Counted from the first letter of the stretch, positions 35,701 through 47,125 are shown. The stretch is 64,000 nt of DNA from Lytechinus pictus (GCF_037042905.1 NC_087263.1:12588001-12652000); one strand, 5' to 3'. Notes: generated by a model from the sequence alone, not told the origin. Translations and numbers: made by a program.

Positions 35701-37797
35701 CACAAACCAAACAATCCTTGAAATGATAATATACACTTCCTTCTTGATCGATACTAACAATAACTTATACCAAATTTAGAATGAGCCAAGAGATAAACGA
35801 ATTCATACGTGTATGTGAAGTTATAAACCCTTTTGGGGGATAAATATTATAATAATGATAATGCAACTTATACATGTATAGAGCCCACATATATCCCATC
35901 TCTTTTCTATACACATTTTCATATTTTGGCAGAAAACTGCGTGAGACCTATCACATCCCTAGTCATGTGTGTTATAGCGATATACAGTAGCCCCTACTTG
36001 GTTTATTAACAAAAAAAAACAAATTAATAATCTTATCCGGGAATCTTACCATAAGAATTAATCTTCTCAGGATGATAGCATATCAGATATGGAACACGGG
36101 ATGGAACAGGTTGACATCAAAATGAAGTTGTGTTACATGTATTATTATATAGTTAGTGGAAGTGGAAATGAAAGCTTGTCTTTAGGTAGGCTTAACGAAA
36201 ATATTTTAGGCAGATACCAGTCACAAGAGCCTTACACTTGAGCAAGACATCCCCCCCCCCCTCTCTCTCTCTCTCTATCTCCCAGCACGCGACGGGGAGT
36301 TTGTCTAATGTCACCCGCAACGTTCGGCACGCGCATAATGGGACACTAACTTGGAACAATTTTTGTGATAAATACGGCGAACATGTGGTTGGAAATTGGT
36401 TATATCTCCAGAAAATGCACGTATATGCAGCTAAATTTGGTATCAGTGTAAAGCATGAACTATAACAAAGACCGTCATGGTATTTACAGCGCAGCAATCG
36501 GCAGCAATTTGTAAAAGAAATGCTCATGAAAAAAAAATTGCTAAAACCCCCCCCCCCCCCATTGTCAAATGGTTTCGTCCAAAATTACCTCTGAAGGGGT
36601 TATCATTTTATTTTGAAAATTTCCGATCACCTAAAACAATCATTCATCAAAAAGTACCGTGAATTATAAATAAATTAAGCAATCCGTTTTGTTAAAACAA
36701 TGAAAGTTCTAAAAACGTGTCAATTACACATGCGGTAGCCGTAAAGGGTCATTTTCCGGTAATATTAAATAAAATGGGCAACTAATAATCAATTTCATTG
36801 AGAAATATTGTACGGAGACATTCTACAGGTTCTTATCTTTGCTTAGAACATGAAAAAAACAAAATTTGTTTCATGACCCAAAACCAGTTTTGGCGCACTT
36901 TTGCTCTCTCCTGGCCCACTGTGCGACGCGTTTTGACAATGTCTTTCATGTAATAAACCAAATTGAATTGAATTGAATGTCAAACATTAAATCACATAAA
37001 ATTATCTAATATTTGAATATATTTTCATCCAATAAATGGGCTACTAGTGTTGGTATTGGGTAAATTTTTACTCAATCCTTTTTGGAGTGTGGCCTCCAGA
37101 ACTTATGCTGAGAAAAATATGTGATCAGATTAATTACAACATACTATATACAATGGGCCATTGTGATACGTCGTATTAAGAGTTGAAAAAAATCCAAACT
37201 GAACTTGATATCGAACGAAATTAGATGATCTGTAAGCATTTTTATCCGATGACTTGCGATCAAACACAACTCTTTTCACACTACTCTCATCAGTTCACTC
37301 GTACAGTAATACCCAATTCCCACTCACTGAAAAGATTCTCGCCACGAATGAAACGGTGGTCTTAATCCTAGGGTTATCGTAATGATCGTATAGCATAACG
37401 TATAAGATCGTATCAGATCAGTCAAGACAGTCGTATATTGATCCTAGAAAATATTTGAATGGTTCTAAAAATTATCGTAATTACTTACAAAAGGCCAATC
37501 GTGGCTTTCGCAAAGGATCGCACGACAGTGTGAACGAAAGTATAAACCAGCTAGGTTGTGGTGTGTTATCCCGACCGGTGTATACATAACCACACGTCCG
37601 GTAAATTTACCCCGGTGCTAAATATGCAGTGTTATTTCAACACCAATGGTTCTGCTTGTTATTGTTTTACACTATTTCATGTTCAATCTCAAGGGTGTAA
37701 TATTAACACCTCCCGGTGTTATCTTCAACAGGGACATCGATTGATGTCTGCCCAGTTTTTACACCATGTTGTAACCGTTGGTGAAAAGGTTTTAGAT

Positions 37798-37932
37798 TCA
37801 GGTAGAAATAGGCGAGGATGGGAAGTTCTGCAGAACGAACCAATAGATCAAGAAAAATAAGTACAAGATGAAGAACAAGAGAAAGATGAACCGGTTGATG
37901 ATCTCGGCGACGACCTCCATTTCCGTTCTTTC
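37798..37932 (-). CDS. Divergent nAChR-like Cys-loop receptor subunit, exon 6 (M4, stop)
   Basis: CTACAG| acceptor, 135 nt. Encodes ERTEMEVVAEIINRFIFLLFFILYLFFLIYWFVLQNFPSSPIST*, the typical pre-M4/M4 pattern (xVAxVIDRxF). Confidence 0.88.
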   Translation of the reverse strand, partial: ERTEMEVVAEIINRFIFLLFFILYLFFLIYWFVLQNFPSSPIST

Positions 37933-39251
37933 CTGTAGAATGAATACAGAACCACATCAAAATAATATTGATTTAGTATTTAGATTAGGAAGTTTTCGCT
38001 CAGTAAAAAGTATTGAAAATGCCCGTCAAATGACAAAGAACAACTGGGAGGTCTGTGTCGAAAATTCGTAAACCTGTATAGCAGTTTTAGCCTTAGTTTC
38101 GGAGCTGACGAAATATTACAAATATGTAGTTTGTCGAGTCAAGGACCAAACTACGGTTTTGATTAATCTATTTTGGACAAAGACTTCTCGGGTGTTCTTT
38201 GTCATGACGGGCATTTGATTATAGACTTACATTTTCTCTGTTCTTGGACCCTTCGTATGTCGCTCTGCAAAAATTTCATAGTGAGGTTCATCGTGAAACA
38301 TCGAGACAATGTACAACCGATTGTTTTCCCATCTAGTCATGTGATGGTTGCACCAAATAGATACTATACATGTATGACCGAGTTGGTTTAGTCTTCTAAT
38401 GTGATCGTTGTTAGACGATCTCAGAATTAGACCATCTGCCTAAACCCTGTAATCCAGGGAGGGAGGGTGAAAGTGGGAGGGGGCTGAGTCGAAAGTGCAT
38501 GGGCGCTGACCATGCAACCCCTCCCCCCACACACACACAATCGGATGGTCAATTTATTTACATGCATGGAAAAAAGTGAGTGACGCCTCAGCCCGCCTCA
38601 GCCCCACCCCCGGATCCGCGGCCCCTGTAATATTTTTGTCATTTTTTAAAAAATATATACCTGCCTCCCAAGTTTTAGCACAATTGTTTTTTTTAATGAC
38701 AAGAAGTAATGATTCTCCCAAATTTCTATATCTTTGTCGTAAATTCTCAATTTCATAATGAAGAATGCTGTTTGTGTAATGGACAGGTCCAGAAATCTTC
38801 TGTAATTTCTATTTTATTGCATGAAAAAGGACTGATACTGGTTAGCAGAACATTCAGAGATGAAAATCAGACTAATAATTCGATGGTTTTATATCAAAAT
38901 TAAAGGAATCATGGTTTAGGAATCCATCCAAACTTAAACTGACGATAATTATGATCAAGTTAACCGGTCGTGGGTAATGTGTGAACTTTAAAAACTACAC
39001 TGTTGGTCAGAATCCAATGAAAGTAGCCGAGGAAAGACAATTTTTTTAAATGATCACTTGAAAATTGGGTTCGACAAAAAATGGTTGCATACCAAGGTTG
39101 CGTTCGAGCACTGGACTATTTCCACATATTAAATTGTTAGTTTGGTTGTTTTAACATTTTATATAGTGTTGATGTTCATTTAAATGCTCATTTAGCATTT
39201 CAATTCATATATACTGTAGAGTGTCTTTATCAAGAACAGGCCTATACAAAC

Positions 39252-40176
39252 CTCCTTTTCATCGTTCCTTTTTTGCTCCTTTCCCGAAGTCGATGGAACG
39301 CTGGTCTGTGATGGACACCTGTCATTGGATGGTGGGCTACTTGGCGGCAATGATGGGTTGCTATGGTTACCGTTTGGAATGCCCCTGCCGTGCCTGTATC
39401 TCCATAGCAACTGACCAGTGCCGATTTCTCCAGGTGCTGGTTGATTGTCTACAGCAACGGGTTCCCTTTCGTCTTTGCTGAAGTCGTTTCGTATGCAGAC
39501 AATCTTTGCCAGGAAGTTGAACCAGAAAGACCACCAAAAACGGCTTCTTAACTTGCGCGGGCACTTGTAGACGTTGAGAGTTATCACGCAGCTGAGGACG
39601 CAACCGCAAGACACGAGGAAGTTGACGAAGATGTACCGAGCGAGCAACGGCATTTGGCCATCGCTGACCGGAAGCATATCGGTCACGACGATCTGGAAGA
39701 CGACCACGCCGAGCAGAAGCGAAACGGCCGTCGGGAGTTTCTCTCCCGAGTCCAGAGGTACCCAGAACGCGATCAGAGACATCGCGTTGATCAAGGACGA
39801 GGGCAGCACGAGGTTGATGACGAAATAATACGGCTTTCGCTTCAGGGTGATCTCAAAGTGGACCTTGGAGTAGTTCATGTTGATCCTCGGGTCCATGTGG
39901 GCACTCTCGTACACGTCACCGAGGCCGATCTCCCACTGGTTGCTCGCGACGTTCCCCATCTTCGACGTCAGGTACCGGGGCGTGAATGAAGCACCAGGCA
40001 TGCTCGGGCTGCTGACTGTTACGGTACATGTCTGGTTGTCGAACGGGAAGTTAACGACGTTGGTGAGACAGAATGTGACGAAACGGGTTGGTACTGTGAT
40101 CCGGACGTAACCGTCGGAGAAGATGATCGCGTAGCTGTGATGCATGGCGAACGGGTCCTCCACCGATTCCATTGCA
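39252..40176 (-). CDS. Divergent nAChR-like subunit, exon 5 (Cys loop, M1-M3, cytoplasmic loop)
   Basis: ATGCAG| acceptor and GAG|GTTTGT donor, 925 nt. Contains the Cys loop CLTNVVNFPFDNQTC, LKRKPYYFVINLVLP, the DSGEK linker, M2 and M3. Confidence 0.93.
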
Positions 40177-40586
40177 CTGCATAATACAATTTTTTTTAAT
40201 TATAAGTGTTATACAGGATTTGTCAAAGGGTGTGATGTACTGGTAAATTAGTCATGTTACTGTATCATATCAGTTTCCTCGATCTGCCATTTTCAATTAA
40301 TTTAGTTTAATATCAATCTCGGAAAAATTGAAAATGAAATTTACAATGAAGAAAGAAACGAACAAGTTAGTTTCAGGCTTTAAGGTGGACTAGGCGATTG
40401 AAGCCATAATCTGCATGGCACGATGAAACAGATCAAGATGATTAGAGTTACGATGTGCGCTTCAGGATGGAAGGAAGATGTTGCCATAATAACAATGGGA
40501 TAAAATAACATATTAAACGCAAATCAAATGAGGAGTACCCCGGGAATGCATAATGTCCCCAACCCTTTAAAACTCCTGTAACTTAC

Positions 40587-40696
40587 GAATTCTGCATGAT
40601 CACCCGTGGCATCCAGATCGTTTCCGGGTCAAGATTGAGATACTGAATCCCGTCATACTCCGTCTCATTCCATGACAGTCTTGGATCTTCCCACAT
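40587..40696 (-). CDS. Divergent nAChR-like subunit, exon 4
   Basis: 110-nt exon (a size typical of nAChR genes) with a GAG| acceptor and |GTAAGT donor. Encodes MWEDPRLSWNETEYDGIQYLNLDPETIWMPRVIMQNS. Confidence 0.9.
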
Positions 40697-41053
40697 CTCC
40701 AGAGAGAACATATGAAATTAATTGTTTACATACCATATATGAAAATGATATAATGATCAATAGATATTGCTCATAATCTAAGGCTTCGATCCGTGATAAG
40801 GGTTTTTTGGAAGGGGGTGGGCAAAAGTGAAAAAAGTACTTTTTAAATTATGTTTTTAATGCCAATTTAAAGGGTTCAAAGTGCTAGGCAGGACGTGAAC
40901 GGGAGTCTGTCGTATTTTTTTTTTTAAAAGAAATGCATGTTTAGCATTAATAAGCACATGCAGATGCCATTAATATTTCTCTTTTAGTTTTTTTTTCGTC
41001 AATTAAATCTGATTTAGAATAAAAGAGCAATGTAGATTATGTACTTAACTTAC

Positions 41054-41098
41054 CAATTCGATCCATGCTGATCCACTTATAACTTGCCGACGGACATC
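41054..41098 (-). CDS. Divergent nAChR-like subunit, exon 3
   Basis: 45-nt exon (a size typical of nAChR genes), CAG| ... |GTAAGT. Encodes DVRRQVISGSAWIEL. Confidence 0.88.
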
Positions 41099-41139
41099 CT
41101 GTCGAAGATAAGTATTAAATTGTATATTGAAATCACATA

Positions 41140-41585
41140 AATTATTGTCATCATCATTATAAGAATGATAATATTTTCATTGTCGTCGTCATCGTCATCA
41201 TCTTCATCATCGTCATCATCATTATCGTCGTCAACATGATCGTCATGATTGTCATCATCATCATCATCACCTCTCTCATCACATTATCATCATCATTATC
41301 ATCATCTATATCAAAATGATCGTCATGATCGTCAACATCATCATAATCATCATCATCCTCATTATCATCGACATTATTATCATCACCATTACTATCATCA
41401 TCATCATCATCATCATCATCACCATCATAATATTTTCATTGTCGTGGTCATCACCACCATCGATCATCATCATCATCATCATCATCATTGCCATCATCGT
41501 CATCATCATTTTTGCTTTTATTTTCAATCAATATTGTTACTAATATTGGTACTATTTTGATTACCTATATTATTATCATTATTAT
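41140..41585. repeat. (CAT)n / (ATT)n degenerate microsatellite
   Basis: Direct inspection. Confidence 0.9.
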
Positions 41586-41611
41586 ACAAAATAACTAAAT
41601 GAAAGAGATAC

Positions 41612-41760
41612 CAGTTCAAACAACGCAAATAGGACGAAGAGCACATCCACATAGACGACATCGAGATTGTTACGAAACGGTCTCTCTCTAGAGTCGTAGC
41701 CAGAATCAACCATGTCCCTGATCAGTCGCCCTTCTGCACTGAGACTACTTCCATTTATAA
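41612..41760 (-). CDS. Divergent nAChR-like subunit, exon 2
   Basis: CTTCAG| acceptor and CTG|GTATCT donor, 149 nt. Encodes VINGSSLSAEGRLIRDMVDSGYDSRERPFRNNLDVVYVDVLFVLFALFEL (ExRLxxxL..Y...RP motif). Confidence 0.9.
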
Positions 41761-41764
41761 CTGA

Positions 41765-42375
41765 AGAGAGGGAGAGAGAGATGGGGAGAAAGAGAAAGAA
41801 AGCAAGATATAACAAGAAAAAGAAAGAAAGAAAGAAGGAAAGAAAGAAAAAATATAGAAAGAAAGAAAAAAAGGAAGGAAGAAGTATAAGAAGAAGAAGA
41901 ACAATAACACCAACAAGGAGAAGAAGAAAAAAGAGGAAGAAGAAAAAAAAAAAAGAAGAAGAATGGAATAAGGAAAAAGGAAAAATAGGCGAAAAATAGA
42001 TAAATACGTCATTCACTAAAATGTCTTCTTCTTTCCCTTATTATTTCGTCTTCTCCACCTCCTCCTTCTTCCTCCCCCTCCTCCTCCTCTTCCTTCTCTC
42101 CTCTTTTTCTTCTTTTCCATCCTCCTCCTCCTCCTCTTCTCCTTCTTATTTTTCTTCCTCCTCCTCTTCTTCTTCTATTTCTCCTTCTTCTTCTTCTTAT
42201 TTCGTCTTCTCCACCTCCTCCTTCCTCCTCTCCTCCTCCTTCTCCCCTCTTCTTCCTCCTCCTCTTCTTCTTCTTTTTCCTCCTCCTCCTCCTCCTCATT
42301 CTTCTTCTCCTTCTTCTTTTTTCTCCTCCTCCTCCTCTTCTTCTTCTTCTTCTTCTAGCTTCTCTTCTCCTTCTT
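41765..42375. repeat. Purine tract followed by a (CTT/CCT)n tract in the receptor's first intron
   Basis: Direct inspection. Confidence 0.9.
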
Positions 42376-42426
42376 AGCCCGGCTTGATGATGTTTGATGA
42401 AATACAATAAAATTTTGGCAAATTAC

Positions 42427-42514
42427 CTTGTGCTTTGGAGGTGGCTGTTGCAGCTAGGATCATGTACACGACGTATATCAGAAGATAAAATGAAATCTCC
42501 GTACAGTGAGCCAT
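42427..42514 (-). CDS. Divergent nAChR-like subunit, first coding exon (signal peptide)
   Basis: Encodes MAHCTEISFYLLIYVVYMILAATATSKAQ with a G|GTAATT phase-1 donor joining exon 2 in frame. An acceptor TCATCAG lies 4 nt upstream of the ATG. The six exons total 1452 nt = 483 aa + stop. Confidence 0.85.
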
Positions 42515-42823
42515 TTTCCTGATGAAAAATGAGGTTAATATTTGAATCAATTGTGTCCATTATCCCCTCAAGATCCAAAGAAGCTACATGACTGTAGTCA
42601 ATTCATTGAGAAATCATGCTAAAAAATCAAAATAACAAATAGAAGTTTAATATTTCAAAGCTACATCGCATTCCAACTTTTGACGCAAGTCAGTATACGG
42701 TCACATGAATCTGCCATCCACCATTTTTACTGGCAGTTTTTCACTTTCTGCTTGGAAAGCAATTAAGATGCATTTTCTCTGCCAATAAATCAGACCAACA
42801 CTACATAATTACAACATTAACGG

Positions 42824-43037
42824 CACTGGCTTACCTAGGATTTTCCAGAAGGGGGCAAATTTTTTGGAGGATATTTCGTCCGCGAAAAAATTTGACAAGC
42901 AAAAAAAAAAGAGGTCTTCAACCACAAATAAAGGATTTCTTACCACAAAAAAGGGGGGGGGGGGGCAGGGATACGTCCCATGCATAAGTTGTGACTCGTC
43001 AGGGGGGCAGTCTGCCCCCCCCTTAGGTACGCTAGTG
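42824..43037. mobile_element. Small hAT-type MITE
   Basis: TIR CACTGGCTTACCTA / TAGGTACGCTAGTG with near-perfect 8-bp flanks ATTAACGG / ATAAACGG. Confidence 0.7.
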
Positions 43038-43382
43038 ATAAACGGGTAAGTGGTTATGCGGATGTACTGTACAAACAACATATTGAAAACGCCAACTGAG
43101 TACTTTCAAGTTTTAATGTAAATCACCAATTAAGGCAACGTTTATAACACGGATTATCCATCGAGGTGACACCATGCCTGCCGTTTTCCAGCATTATCAC
43201 GTGACCGGTTAGTCAATATATATATGGTGCTCAACCATTCTGTATCAGTTAAGTACTTTTAACTTCTGTATCAACAAATGCAACTGGGCTAATTAGGGAG
43301 GGCGACCACATCGCCAAGATATATATATATTTTTAAGAAGTGGAAAAAGAGGACGAAAAAGAAGAAAAGGCGGATGCTGCTA

Positions 43383-43503
<121 letters not shown>

Positions 43504-43684
43504 AATACTTTTGACTATTCCAATCAATATATTCATACCACAGACTTTAATTCCCTTAGCAAAAAAAATGATCATAACATACAACTCACCTCCTGTTCAT
43601 CCGGCCTCTGCAATAAATAAATATTCCGCTAAACACCCAAACCAAATAATTCTTCCAAAATTTTTTTTTGCAGGAATTTCTGCA

Positions 43685-46600
43685 TTTTATTCATAAATCA
43701 ACAAGTGAAAATAGAATGATACAATAACAATGACATAAATGAGTACATTTTTGTGTGACAATCGAAAATATAAATAATGAATAAGGCTGAATAATACATA
43801 AATGAAGCACGTAAAATAGTAAAGTGGGTAAAAATGCAGGGGCCAGCTATAATAAGCAGGTAACTGCTTGAAACAATAGCAGCCATGAGGGAGGGCTACA
43901 TGGGAACCGTAATAATAGGTTATGAATAGAATTCGATAAAATGATGTCACAAAAGAGAAAGTATAAAAGTTTAGATTTTAAATGGGGAGAGACAAGATAA
44001 AGTTTTTTTTTAAAGTGCGAGTGAGTGCTAGTGGGTGAGTGCAGGTGATACATTTATGAATACTTAGAAATAAGAAACTTTTTCAATGAAGCTTTAAAAG
44101 AAAAAAGAGACGCGGACTGTTTGATGTTATGTGGCAAGGCATTCCAAATATCTGGACCATGGTGGCGAATTGTTTTATGAGTGAGTAAGATTCTGGGGTT
44201 GGTTAAGTGGATATCTGTTGAATGACGCGTTGGATAAGTATGTATGTCTTTGTTATAGATAAAAAAATTGCGAAATGGAATTGGAATGGTATTTGTGGAA
44301 AATTTAAACATAAATATGGCTATTTGGTATGTGTTAATATCCTCAATTTTCAATGTCTTTAAGTTGTGAAATATTGGATTAGTGTGTGCAATGTAATGTG
44401 AAAGTGTACAGATGCGAAGTGCCTTTTTTTGAAGACGGAATATAGTTTCTATTCTTGACTTACTACTATACCCCCAAACAATGTTGCAGTAAGATAAGTG
44501 GGATAAGATGAATGAATTGTAAAGCATAAATAATGACTTTTTTGAGATATAATATTTCAATCTATATAAGATTCCTATCCCTCTGGATGTCAACATACAA
44601 ATATTGCGAGTGTGACTGTTCCAAGTCAAATTTGAATCAATCAAAACACCTAAAAATGTGGTTTCTTGTTTTTCCGTGATGGGAATATCATCTATAAAAA
44701 TGTTGTTGAGAAACTTGTGTTTACTTTGAATGTGTTGAAAATACATAAAATTTGTTTTGTTTATATTTAAAGAGAGCTTATTAGCTCTAAACCACATTGA
44801 TAATTTCTTCAATTCTAAATTAAGTGTTGGAACAAGTATATCTAAGTCTTTGTGTGAATAGAATACATTTGTATCATCTGCAAATAAAACAAACGTTAAT
44901 ATTCTAGATGCATTCACAATGTCATTCATATAAATCAAAAATAACAAGGGACCCAAAATAGATCCTTGTGGTACTCCACATTTTAAAGTACAAATATTAG
45001 ATGATTTAGATTTAAAACAAACATAATGGCGTCGATTGCTTAAGTAATCTTTAAACCAAGCGAGAACCACCCCCCTAACTCCATATTTCATTAATTTACA
45101 AAGTAAAATGCGATGATCCATGGTATCGAATGCTTTCGACAAATCCATAAAAACACCAACAGTGTGTTCCTTTTTAGATAAAGAATCAGAAATTTTGTCA
45201 CATAATTGCAAAAGTGCAAGGTCCGTTGAATGATTATCTCTGAAACCATATTGATTAGGAATCAGTAAATTATTGCTGTTCAAAAAAGAATATAAACGCT
45301 TGTAAACTATTCTCTCAAGTATTTTAGAGATACCCGGTAATAAAGAAATTGGACGATAGTTTGAGATAAGACATGGATCATCTTTTTTGTATATTGGAAT
45401 TATTTTTGCAATTTTCAGTAGATCGGGGAAAATACCACAAGAAAGAGAACGATTGAAAATATGCGAAAGCGGGGAGGCTATAAAATAAATTATTTTTTTC
45501 AAAAGATAGACACTTATACCATCATGCCCACAGGATTTAGTCGGTTTCATGGACCTAACAATCTCTAAAATCTCGTTAGTATTTGTTGGATTGAAAAATA
45601 AAGAATGTTCTGGAACATCGTTTAAATATACAGAAAAGTCATCATCATTAGATGTTATTTTTGAAGCTAGTTTTGGGCCAATATTATTGAAGAAATTATT
45701 AAATGCATTAGCAACATCAAAGGAGTCTTGCATTTGTTGACCATTGTCTACGAAATTAACGTTATCACATGTTTCCTTTTTCTTACCTAAAATTTCTTTT
45801 ATAGATTTCCATAATGTATAATTATTATCTTTATTATTTTCAATTTTATCAGAAAAGTAGGATTTTCGAGCTTGGCGTATAACTGATGTTAATTTATTGC
45901 GGTATTTTTTGTATTTATTTATATTTTCAGTTGTAGGCGATTTAATTGATATTTTATATAATCTATTTCTAGTAAATATGGATTTGATTATAGTTTGGGT
46001 AATCCAAGGTTGTTTGCTCTTCTTTTTATTCGATTTAATTTGTATTAATGGCATATTTTTTTCGTAATAATAAAGAAGTTTGTCCAAAAATCTTTCATAA
46101 GAGTCATTAACATTATGTTCAAGATAAATATCTTGCCAAGATTCTTCAGCCAAATCTGCCTTCAATGACTCAATATTACGATGGGTTTCTTTCCTTCGCA
46201 TTATAGTGTATGATTTGTCAGTAGCCTTGAGTTGGCGTTTATCGTTTGGATACATTGCAAAAATAGGCAGATGGTCTGAAATGTCATAGTAAATTATTCC
46301 ATTATTGTTATTATCAAGTGCGTTAGAAAAAATATTATCAAGTATTGTATTGGATACGTTTGTAATTCTAGTAGGTTTATTTATAAGATGTTGAAGTCCA
46401 AAAGATGATAATAGATTTGTAAAATGTTGAGCGATTGCATTGTAGGGAAATGATAGATCAATGTTAAAGTCACCCATGATATAAATATCTTTGTTTTCAC
46501 GCGAAATTGAATCAAGACTGGCTTCCAATTCATTTAAAAATGTTTCAGCTAAACTGATTGGGGGTCTATAAATAACACCGATTATTTTATTTTTATTTTT

Positions 46601-47125
46601 AGCATTAGTAATTTCTATGAATAAGGATTCTATATTTTTCAGCTCAATATCATGTCTTAATTTGAAATTCAAATCATTATGAATATAGAAAGCGACACCG
46701 CCCCCCTTACCAATTTTACGATCAATGTGGAGAAATTTGTAGTTATCGATATTGAGAATGGGAGGTGACGTTGAATGCAACCAAGTCTCTGTGAGACCAA
46801 TGATAGAAAATGGAAATGTATCAAGAATGGATAAAAGTTCGCAAAGCGTATCAAAATTTTTCTGTAAGCTTCTTATATTTACGTGCATTAAACTAAAGTA
46901 ATCTGGAATAGAATTTGGAACTGTTTTGTTGAAAGCATTATTGAATTCGTTAGCTGTATAATATTTACTTTGGGGTGAAAAGATTCCAGCATTCAGTAAA
47001 TCTGTTGAGTCAAACATGAAAGAACAATGTATGGCATATGGCGAGTTAAAGAAGTAAGCGAAATAGTGCTCGGTGTGTGCAAGTGCAAGAGGTGTAGGCT
47101 AAAAGCAATGAATAAAGAGTCCGTA
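43685..47125 (-). mobile_element. CR1/L2-group non-LTR retrotransposon, 5'-truncated (ORF2 + 3'UTR)
   Basis: Intact APE-RT ORF and a ~370-bp 3'UTR ending in AATAAAAT. No ORF1 seen upstream. Boundaries are approximate. Confidence 0.85.
44054..47017 (-). CDS. LINE ORF2: apurinic-like endonuclease + reverse transcriptase (987 aa)
   Basis: APE motifs HVNIRSL, GLTETW, MGDFNID and SDHLPI. RT motifs YRPISLLP, DLSKAFD, GVPQGSILGPLLF and FADDT. No stops. Confidence 0.95.
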   Translation of the reverse strand: MFDSTDLLNAGIFSPQSKYYTANEFNNAFNKTVPNSIPDYFSLMHVNIRSLQKNFDTLCELLSILDTFPFSIIGLTETWLHSTSPPILNIDNYKFLHIDRKIGKGGGVAFYIHNDLNFKLRHDIELKNIESLFIEITNAKNKNKIIGVIYRPPISLAETFLNELEASLDSISRENKDIYIMGDFNIDLSFPYNAIAQHFTNLLSSFGLQHLINKPTRITNVSNTILDNIFSNALDNNNNGIIYYDISDHLPIFAMYPNDKRQLKATDKSYTIMRRKETHRNIESLKADLAEESWQDIYLEHNVNDSYERFLDKLLYYYEKNMPLIQIKSNKKKSKQPWITQTIIKSIFTRNRLYKISIKSPTTENINKYKKYRNKLTSVIRQARKSYFSDKIENNKDNNYTLWKSIKEILGKKKETCDNVNFVDNGQQMQDSFDVANAFNNFFNNIGPKLASKITSNDDDFSVYLNDVPEHSLFFNPTNTNEILEIVRSMKPTKSCGHDGISVYLLKKIIYFIASPLSHIFNRSLSCGIFPDLLKIAKIIPIYKKDDPCLISNYRPISLLPGISKILERIVYKRLYSFLNSNNLLIPNQYGFRDNHSTDLALLQLCDKISDSLSKKEHTVGVFMDLSKAFDTMDHRILLCKLMKYGVRGVVLAWFKDYLSNRRHYVCFKSKSSNICTLKCGVPQGSILGPLLFLIYMNDIVNASRILTFVLFADDTNVFYSHKDLDILVPTLNLELKKLSMWFRANKLSLNINKTNFMYFQHIQSKHKFLNNIFIDDIPITEKQETTFLGVLIDSNLTWNSHTRNICMLTSRGIGILYRLKYYISKKSLFMLYNSFILSHLSYCNIVWGYSSKSRIETIFRLQKKALRICTLSHYIAHTNPIFHNLKTLKIEDINTYQIAIFMFKFSTNTIPIPFRNFFIYNKDIHTYPTRHSTDIHLTNPRILLTHKTIRHHGPDIWNALPHNIKQSASLFSFKASLKKFLISKYS

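Larger units (their letters stand above)
30723..36923. mobile_element. Transib-superfamily element (non-autonomous deletion derivative) with RSS-like termini
   Basis: TIR CACAGTGGGCCAG...AAAGTGCGCCAAAAC at both ends and a perfect GC-rich 5-bp TSD CGACG (30718-30722, 36924-36928). Confidence 0.88.

Noticed and set aside
30723..36923. ProtoRAG / RAG1-RAG2 transposon
   Set aside because: No RAG1 core or kelch/PHD RAG2-like coding sequence is visible. The ends are symmetric, and the only coding remnant looks Transib-like.
39221..40110. Plus-strand and alternate-frame ORFs overlapping receptor exon 5
   Set aside because: Shadow ORFs of a GC-rich coding exon.
43590..43607. Possible 18-nt 5'UTR micro-exon of the receptor gene (TTGCAG|AGGCCGGATGAACAGGAG|GTGAGT, minus strand)
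   Set aside because: The splice signals are good, but there is no independent support without transcripts.
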